DNA from: Octopus vulgaris
Lineage: Eukaryota
Direction: 5' to 3'
Assembly: GCA_951406725.2 (NCBI GenBank)
Contig: OX597821.1
Location: 38,006,001-38,070,000, forward strand
Length of the DNA: 64,000 nt
A program made the translations under genes and the position numbers. Under the pieces are notes generated by a model. The model ran no database searches and had not been told where the DNA came from. It saw only the letters and a program-made list of their open reading frames with translations. Shown piece after piece: positions 54,001 to 64,000 of the stretch (position 1 is its first letter; each line of letters opens with the position of its first letter).

Positions 54001-57000
54001 TGGATAATGTCATCTTAGATGCGTGAAAAACACGGAGAGATTATGGCTGGAATGCCTAGGTCTGCCCAATCAGGGTTGACCAGGGTTGAAACACTACCAC
54101 CATCAACAGCAACAACAACAACAACAACAGCGACAACAAAAACAATAACAACCACAGAAACATCATCATCATCAACAACAACACTAGACATAATGTTTTC
54201 TTCAATCTATTCTTCATTTTATCGGTATATTTTCTGATATAAATTGTAGCGTTGCATCGAGTGGAATCTAATTTTAAGGGATTTGCAATACTGAGAGCAG
54301 TCAAAGAAACGAGAATAAACATTTACAAAATATTTTGCATATCTTAAACGAAAATATTATTTCTTATATGATAATATTACCTGCTTTTTTTTTTTTATCA
54401 AAATTCATTTTCTGGATAAGCGATTTTTAAAACTGACATAAGTTTTATTTTTGCAGTTGCATATTTCGGAAATTGAATAGTTCCGCCATATTAGCATCAG
54501 TTCAATTGTAAAACTAGAATTCTCTGTGTAGAGGCTCGATGATTCTCAACCCTAAGTTTAAGTGGTTGCAGTAGTTATGTCTCATACATAAAACCATTTT
54601 ATTCTGGAATCTCTTGAATGTTTATAGTCCTTGTACTTTAAAATCTGTCGTGCATTTTGTTTAGAATTCAATACTCGGTTTCATATCCACCTAATATTTA
54701 TTCGTTTGCACCTTCTACTTCGTAGTTATTGCAGTTTTCCAATATTGATATTTTTACCCTTTTTCAAATTTCTATCATATCAATATGGTTGCTTTAATGG
54801 AATACTTCAGACAAAGAGTGATAAAGACAGAGAAATAAAGGAGAGAAAGAGAGAGAGGCGGAAGATAGAAATGTATTTCCCTCACTTATCATTTAAACAT
54901 TAATATTAATTCCCATTAATTTTAGACTTCGTTATAAATCGCATCTATCGTAATTTATATTACATATTTTCACATAGCCCTAGTGATAACAAGTTTCCAA
55001 TGGAACATGAAGACACGTTTCTCGCAAATTTTTTATTTCAATTGAAGAGGAATTAACATTATTATACATTGATATATTTAAAACTGTTATAATCAAAGAA
55101 CTTTTGCCCACCTTTAGTTGCTTGCTTGTTGGGTAAATTTCTCGAAATTTCGCCCCGAATCTTTCATTTCTTGTCCGCGTTTACAGTGTTCTCATATCGC
55201 TCTCGATACCAGCGATATTTCCCGCATTAGTTATCCTCGTACTTGTGATATTATTTGATCGCCCAATCCCTTTATCAGTGAATCTGTATATTCTAGTTGA
55301 AGCAAGACGAATAATGACAAATATGGAAAAAGAAAACTCTGCATTAACAGCAGAAAGAGAACAACTTTCCCTGTTGCCATTGAGTGATTACAAAATGGGT
55401 TGTGTTAAAAAGTTTGTAAACGTTACCGACAACGTGAATCATTGAAAGTAGACTTAAAATTACAACAGCTGAAACACTGTAGCCATAACAGTGAAGAAAA
55501 GAATGCTACTCAGAATATCGTATATTATCATTTCTCATTACGCTACGAATGTTTGAAAGACACTCCGTATCAACAAATAGTACTTTTCCTGTGTCTGATT
55601 AAAGAGTAGATCGCAAAACTAGCACGTAAATAATGCTCTTTGCATTTAGATATCCCTATTGATATAGGTTTAAATTAAAACTGGCTCTCTGACGATGCAA
55701 CTAATGATGTCAGGTTGAACGTTTATCTTTTGTATCTGATACAATTTCTAAACAAGATCTTAAGTAACTCTGTACGACATTAATGTGGACAGCTTCAATG
55801 CTTCGTCGCTTTAAGGATGATCTTTCAACGGACATCACAGTATTAAGCAAATGTTGACTTAAATAAATTTGTCTGAAAAAATATATTGGTGCCGTTTCAG
55901 TTCCTATTTTCTTTGTCAATCAAATATCCTTCTATTAAGTATAGAAGGGTGAAAAGGTATATTTGTAAAGAATATCTGCTTCTAAAATATTGACAAATGC
56001 ACCCATTTAAAATGTGTTTGAATAACGAAATCCCTTAAATGTCTTTACGTGAAACTAGTGTTTTCATTGTATACATTTACAAGCTTTATAATCGTTTTAC
56101 GCACTTTCATATTTACACGCATACTCTAAGTAACAAAATATCCATTATTTGCACAGAACGAAAACATTAAAAGAGAAAAGAGGACACGTGATAAATGTAA
56201 GAGTTGTATAATAGAATGTTTAATCCTATGTTCTTAAGTAGTACGGAGACTCTTGGTTGGTTTCAGCTTTAAATCAAACATTTGTGGACTAGTAACGCTT
56301 AGTTAAACACTACATAACAGATACGTTGTGAAATTCATAATTTTGTTTGATGTTAAGTGGCGCTGTTAAACCTGCCATATAATTGCTATAACTCTACCAA
56401 ATGAAATTAGCCGCGAGTTTCTTTGTTAATAACAACAACTTTATGCGTTTAGTAGAATATTATAATAATGATAGCAATTTGCGCTTTGAACATCGAAATA
56501 GAAACAATTGCGAACAGGATCACACAGAATCCTATAAAGTCATATAAATTCATTGATACCAAAACGTATAAACACTTGCACATTTTATGCAAATCGAAAT
56601 AATATTTATTTCTATTAAGGATGTCATGTTGTTATGGATGTATTTGATATATTACATCATGCATCTATTTCCCTATATACTATACATTTACAAACATCCA
56701 CACGTATAAAAATTACATATAAACCTAAGTCCACGCTTGCATATGCAAATGTAAATCCCCATTCAGTGATGGTGGACCAGGAGTTTTTCATCTAGAAAAT
56801 TCCTTTGGAAAGCGTAAGCGTAGGCAAGATCTCTGTGGAAAACTTTCTGTTGCCCATGTGTCCTAGTTTCTTATGGTACTGAGGATGTCCAAGAAAGAAG
56901 TAAGGCTTGGCAGCAGTATCATCGTAGGAGTTATCATTAGAAAGAAAAAAGAGCCAACACGGGAACTGTAACACATCCCGTCTGTCTCTTTAATCTTTTG

Positions 57001-57339
57001 TCCATACACTGCTCCGGATTCACTCTTTCATATCGCTTGAGTAGGGCACAATTGATCTACGCAGGAGTGGAAATCGGAGAGCAGACATTTGCTTCTTGAC
57101 TCCTTTTTTGTATCAAACTAACATTCTCGGTTTGACTTTCGAGTTGCTCCTGTTATTAGTTTTGAGTACACGCAAAGACATATGTATGCATACACGCACA
57201 CAAATCTGCATATACGTAAATCTATATACACATAATTGTAAATTATATGAGTGTATGCATATATATGGGGATATGTACATGTACGTGTGTGGGGGGGTGT
57301 TATTGCGCTCGAGTACATAAGTCAAGCATAATAAGTGGT

Positions 57340-58110
57340 TTAATAGGAGTGTGTCCCCGAGTCGTTTGAAGAATGGTCGGAAATATTCGGAAATATGCGA
57401 AAACATTAAACCTCGGTTTCCAGGATTCTGAATTTGTTCTCAGAAAGGCTACAATTTTGTAAATTGGAGCTATCAGACTCCGCCTTATGTTTACAATGCT
57501 ATTGTAGCGACTGAATGAAGTTAGCGTAAGGCTACTTTTCAGGAATTTGTTTGTCGCAACCAGTTAATAATTTGTGCATAGCTCCAGTATATTTTCTATA
57601 TTTGAATTAAGTTGTCATATCTTGTTCCGCTCCAGGATTACAATTGCTAAGGACAGCTTGATAAAACCACCAGTTATGCCATTTGCAATCGCTATTGAAC
57701 ATTTCGGTGCAAAACACCATCTTCATCTAACAGGCTTCTTTATATCCACATGGACAATATGCCTAGCATTCGGCATTGTTGCTGGAGAAGAAGTTCCGTT
57801 GAGTGGGTCACGTGATTAATATAGATGATCCTTGGTTCCCAAGGAAGGTTGCCAAATTTCAGCGAGTTAAAATGTGGGAGCCTTCGAAGATAGTGCTTTG
57901 ATCTTCCTAATAAGGGTATACACGAAGCCATATTTAAATGGAGTTGATGACAGTGTGATTGCATTGGAACAGACAGCGACTTGCGATGAATGCTGGCGGT
58001 GAGCTACAAAGAAGCACCTAAAACTAGCAGAAAGGAACTTGATGACACCAGAAGGAAAGACATTTTTAAAAATCACACTGAACTACGTTACATTTTCTCA
58101 AAAAATTCCA
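57340..58110 (+). mobile_element. Degraded RTE-like LINE fragment
   Basis: Frameshifted remnants GHVINIDDPWFPRK..FSELKCG and LEQTATCDECWR resemble the RTE C-terminus (GHVxRM..R.PK..LYGEL; WE..A.DR..WR). Confidence 0.5.
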
Positions 58111-58283
58111 TGGTATCTGTAATCTCGATCTTTCTAGTAATTTTGATTTATTTTGGTTTAAACATTCAATAAGAGAGAAGCGCCACTGATTAATTTTCTT
58201 TATTGAATTTATAAAAAAAGAAAGAAAGAATTTTCTGTTATAAGATCATATTGTGCCAAGAAATGGATAGAGAAATATACACA

Positions 58284-58346
<63 letters not shown>

Positions 58347-58350
58347 ATAT

Positions 58351-58744
58351 TACTCTTTTACTCTTTTACTTCTATCAGTCATTTGACTGCGGCCATGCTG
58401 GAGCACCGCCTTTAGTCGAGCAAATCGACCCCGAGACTTATTCTTTGTAAGCCCAGTACTTATTCTATCGGTCTATTTTGCCGAACCGCTAGGTGACGGG
58501 GACGTACACACACCACCATCGGTTGTCAACCAATGCTAGGGGGACAAATACAGACACACAAATACACACACATACATACGTATATATACATATATGCGAC
58601 AGGATTCTTTCAGTTTCCATCTACCAAATCCATTCACAAGGCTTTGGTCGGCCCGAGGCTATAGTAGAAGACACTTGCCCAAGGTGCCACGCAGTGGGAC
58701 TGAACCCGGAACTATGTGGTTGGTTAGCAAGCTACTTACTACAC
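58351..58744 (-). mobile_element. tRNA-derived SINE, same family as 32238-32648
   Basis: Reverse complement of the 32.2-kb copy with few differences. Confidence 0.85.
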
Positions 58745-58935
58745 GTATGTATATGTATGTATGTATATGTATATATGTATATATGTATATATGTATATAT
58801 GTATATATATGTATATATATGTATATATATGTATATATGTATATATATATGTATATATATATATATGTGTATATATATATATGTATATATATATGTATAT
58901 ATATATGTATATATGTATATATATATGTATATATG

Positions 58936-58966
<31 letters not shown>

Positions 58967-59182
58967 GTATATATATATGTATATATATATGTATATATTT
59001 ATATATGTATATTATATATATATATATATATGTATTATATATATATATATATATATTATATATTATATATATATATGTATATATGTATATATATGTATAT
59101 ATGTATATATATATGTATATGTATATATATTATATGTATATATATGTATATATATATATATGTATATATATGTATATATGTA

Positions 59183-59213
<31 letters not shown>

Positions 59214-59296
59214 ATATATATATATATATATTATATATTATATATATATGTATATATGTATATATATATTATATATTATATATATATATGATATAT

Positions 59297-59340
<44 letters not shown>

Positions 59341-59370
59341 GTATATATATATATATATATTATATATATA

Positions 59371-59416
<46 letters not shown>

Positions 59417-59636
59417 ATATATATTATATATTATATATATATGTATATATGTGTATATATGTGTATATGTATATATATATGTATATATGTTTTTGTATAT
59501 ATGTATTATTATTATATATATATTTTATATATATATGTTATATATATGTATATATTTTATATATATATATATGTATATATGTATATATATTATTATATAT
59601 TATATATATGTATATTTATATATATATGTATATATG

Positions 59637-59667
<31 letters not shown>

Positions 59668-59678
59668 GCATATATATG

Positions 59679-59733
<55 letters not shown>

Positions 59734-59750
59734 GTGTGTGTGTATGTGTG
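58745..59750. repeat. About 1-kb interrupted (TA)n/TATG tract
   Basis: Direct reading. Confidence 0.98.
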
Positions 59751-61346
59751 CGTGTGTAAATAATGAGTATATAAGTAAATACTTTGAAAGTGTGTATAGA
59801 AACATGTTTCACATAATATCAAATAATGCTTATCCCACTTGAAGCGTTTTTTTCTTCCGTTCCTGTATGATACGGTGGTGTTGGCCGTATGATTCTCTGT
59901 GTATACATAACGCATGTATAAGCATTTGAATAAAATGGCCCAATAATATATTACAATGGTAATGTAGAAATATAGTCAAAGATGTGTTGTGCTATTACAC
60001 AGCTAATTTAACTCAACGATAGCTGCAACGTTGTTTTTGTACATAGCAAACATGACTTTTTCATTGTGATTAATCAAATCAAGGGTACAGCAATTTATAT
60101 AATATTTGCGGTTATACTGATTCCAACAGCAAAAATTTTGGTGATTATTTATAAGCGAAAACGTATAGTTCGGTTTTAGAATACTGCATTATGCTCAAAT
60201 TATTTTGATAAACTGGATGATGCTTGCTGTTGTATGGGTAAATAACAATGGTGTTCGGAATACACATTGACGTCATTGCTGAGATGATGACAGCTAAAAT
60301 TTAATGATATGCGTAAAACGTCGAAAAAAGCGGATTTTATGAGCTTGTCAAAATAACTATATTGGTAAAATTCCGTGTGGTAATACTGCTACGGAAACTC
60401 TTGTGAGATTGTTAATTGAAAATGTGAATATTAGGATAAAGAGGAAAATTAATAAACATAAAGAGAATTGTTAACAAAACCCCAGTATTCTGCAATATTC
60501 TAAGTGTTTGGAACGGTATATTATGCTGTTGCTATTCATCACAAAGCTGTGGTTAGGTAGGTTATTAAACTTTATTCTACTAAACAGGTAAGCATTTACT
60601 TGAAAAGAAAACATATTTGAAAATTTGCCAGAAATATTCATGCAGAAAACAAAAGTCTATAGTACTCACCAAAAATAAATAAAAGAAATTAAAAAAACAT
60701 TTTTTTCAAAAGGCAAATGGAATTTTGATCATATTAAATTCATTAAGTATAAACGCAGAATTTCATTAAAACCACAATTAAATAATGAGAAACAAAACTT
60801 TCTTTTTATGTTAAAAATCTTTTTGTTTATCAACATAAATTCAATTATAGAATGTAGAGAATTGAATAATGAAATTAAAACGCGTGTCGCATGCTATTAA
60901 GAAAATACTTGTAGCTAAAGAAGTAAATGGCTATGTGATAACGGTCTCTAATTGTCTACTTACAATAAAATTCTCAGCTGTTCACTATTAAGTGGAACTA
61001 TTTAAAGCTATAATGGTTGCATCTATGGTTGCATGGTTAAGAAGTTCGTTTCGCAACCATAGTGTTCCAGGTTTGATGCCTCAGTCCGACATACTGAATA
61101 ACTGTCACGAATACATCCCAGAAATATCCCCTATCTTCAATAAAATTTTCAATCTCTGTCTTCATCTCTCTCTCTCTCTATCTCTTTCCCCCTCACTATC
61201 TCTCTCGTAACATATATTAATCTTTGGAAACACGCTACAGTGACAGGCAACCACTTTGGACCTGCAGCTTGTCATTCCAGCACACCCACTTCCGACAATA
61301 TCCATGAAATCATCTTCAACGTCATAAATATCTTTCAATGTATTTT

Positions 61347-61388
<42 letters not shown>

Positions 61389-61567
61389 TCGTTATAAGAT
61401 CATAAATCAGAAAATGGAGCATACCTTATAAAAATAGAGAAGAGTTATTGTTTAGAGAAACTGAAGATATGTCAAGTTCACAGTAGATAAGAGACCAATG
61501 GTTTTTCTCTAAAACTGTTGCTTTACACAAACATATATCTATCTATATCTATCTATATCTATATCTA

Positions 61568-61651
<84 letters not shown>

Positions 61652-61863
61652 AATAAAATCTTGTTACCTTATCAAGTAATCTTGAGGCATATTTAAGCAC
61701 GTAAGAAAGCCGTTTACTGTATTTCATAATGGAGAACGTTCCTCGCTGTTTACACTTATCTAAGTGTAAACACACCAAGTCAGTTAAAAGCAATATCTTA
61801 CCAGACTGATAGAAGCTTGCATTTCGGAGTAGTTAACTCCTTATCACCATCATATATAGATGC

Positions 61864-62085
61864 GGGCGCATGGCTTAGTGGTTAGGATGTTGCATTCACG
61901 ACTGCAAGATCGTGGTTTCGATCCCCAGCCAGAGCGTTGCGATGTGCTCTTGAGCAAACACTGTATTTCATGTTGCTCAGCGCTCTTTTCGTTATCAGAC
62001 GTGTGGCACATCGGTCACCTGTATAAGTAATGTCGATTTGATGGATCATCTCTGCTGTTGTTCAGCAAAGAGTTGTAGAATACCT
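61864..62085 (+). mobile_element. tRNA-derived SINE fragment
   Basis: GGGCGCATGGCTTAGTGGTTAGG...GGTTTCGATCCCC A/B-box head. Confidence 0.65.
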
Positions 62086-62090
62086 CATAC

Positions 62091-62091
<1 letters not shown>

Positions 62092-62168
<77 letters not shown>

Positions 62169-62589
62169 ATATGTATGTATATATGTATGTATATATATAT
62201 GTATATATATATGTATATGTATATATATGTATATATATATGTATATATATATATATGTATATGTATATATATGTATATATATATGTATATATATATGTAT
62301 ATGTATATATATATGTATATATATATGTATATATATATGTATATATATGTATATATATATGTATATGTATATATATGTATATGTATATGTATATATATGT
62401 ATATATATATATATATGTATATATATATGTATATATATATGTATATGTATATATATGTATATATATAAATGTATATATATATGTATATGTATATATATGT
62501 GTATATATATGTATATATATATGTATATATATATGTATATATATGTATATATATATGTATATGTATATATATGTATATGTGTATATATG

Positions 62590-62620
<31 letters not shown>

Positions 62621-62753
62621 GTATATGTATATATATATATGTATATGTATATATATGTATATATATATATGTATATGTATATATATGTATATATATATAT
62701 GTATATGTATATATATGTATATATATATATGTATATGTATATATATGTATATG

Positions 62754-62842
<89 letters not shown>

Positions 62843-62880
62843 ACATATATGTATACACACACACATACATGTATGTATAT
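62092..62880. repeat. (CT)n followed by about 0.75-kb interrupted (TA)n/TATG tract
   Basis: Direct reading. Confidence 0.98.
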
Positions 62881-63450
62881 ACACAGCTTGAAAGTACGTT
62901 TCTGTCAGAACATGCGTCATCAGCATAAAAGCTATCTGATCCTGACATCAGAAAATGTCTGAGACATATACATAGAGTTAGAAACTTTTCTGCTCTGAGA
63001 TAATTTACAGTATTTAAGGAATAAGTTCTCGGAGAAATAACTCAGTGTATCTAGTGTCATAAATATGGACGATAAAGACGAATATCGTTATACCAAATAC
63101 AAGATATATTCTTGATTCATCGCAATTATTTTTGTTGTTACAAAGAAAACGAAACAAATGCCTAGTGGCTACAGTAAAGAAGTGAAAGTAATTTCAACAT
63201 CATCAAAGCGTTTAGAAATAGACAGTTTGACTATAAGGAGATTATGATTATAAGGAGATAAAACGATAGCAATGGCTACTTGTGTCTGCCTTAGTTGGAG
63301 TTGTGAGCACAGCTTTTGTCCTACCTTGATTTCTGCAAATGTTAGATCTCGACATGTACAAAATGAGTGTGTAATATGATGAGAGGCAGAGAGAGAGATA
63401 GAGAGAGAGATAGAGAGATAGAGAGAGAGAGAGACAGACAGATGGAGAAT

Positions 63451-63483
<33 letters not shown>

Positions 63484-64000
63484 AGAGATGTGCATTCACT
63501 GGACTCTCCTCTAAAATTTTAAATATATAAGTAATTATGATCGGTGAAAATTACTGAAACAGCATCAACATGCACATAAGTAGATTTAATCAATTTTGCC
63601 TGCAATCTATTATTACATGCAGGTCAGTATTTTAACACATAAAAGGATGTATAGAATAAAAAATAATAAAGAGATAGTATTGACTGAACAGAATCATCGC
63701 AAACTGGGACGATTTCTCAGCTGTAATTCTAAAGATTTGAAAAGGAATTGGTAATGGGAATCCGTTGATATATCTAGGTGCTCCGTAAAATGTACACACA
63801 CTTTCTATATATGGGTGAGGTATCATGAGATTTCTTTAAAAAAGGAAATAATAAATAGAAACTATTTATAAATCTTTAAGAGAGAAATTGTTATGAGATC
63901 CACTGTTTGAGCATGGCTGTATTTTGTCTGATTCCTGGGTTGGAAGTTCTACACACTTCAGTTCCTTGAATGCATGACATTTATTAAAGAAAGCACGAGA

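Noticed and set aside
56157-56196. AG...GT-bounded 40-nt candidate micro-exon
   Set aside because: It contains a stop codon in the phase required after exon 14.
57990-58112. Possible further exon ending ATG|gtatct
   Set aside because: There is no suitable acceptor or PTP similarity, and it lies in a degraded RTE-like fragment.
58493-62962. Long ORFs up to 389 aa rich in Y/I/C/M/V
   Set aside because: These are translations of (TA)n/(TATG)n microsatellites, not proteins. The same applies to the ORFs at 5790-6062, 30374-30809, 42220-43123 and 50010-50770.

Overview
Eukaryotic, AT-rich, microsatellite-dense genomic DNA. The SINE, Dong/R4 LINE and (TA)n/(TATG)n landscape suggests an octopus (inference). 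The whole window lies inside one + strand multi-exon gene. I traced 14 phase-compatible GT-AG exons (about 724 codons) encoding Ig - 5x FN3 (the last with an RKKR furin site) - transmembrane helix - juxtamembrane. The ectodomain most resembles type IIB receptor tyrosine phosphatases (PTPRK/M/T-like). The N-terminus and any catalytic domain are not seen. The introns hold three Tc1/mariner relics, a non-autonomous Helitron, a MITE, tRNA-derived SINEs, and Dong/R4, CR1 and RTE LINE fragments. The standout feature is at 16950-17877: a young insertion of a 360-bp non-coding unit, present as inverted plus tandem copies and flanked by a 13-bp duplication. It carries a type I hammerhead ribozyme on each strand inside a long rod-like hairpin, so it is a candidate cephalopod retrozyme or Penelope-mobilised circular RNA element. 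A second, different repeat family with minimal hammerhead-like motifs lies near 15.3 kb and 25.2 kb. Most ORFs in the supplied track are microsatellite artefacts.
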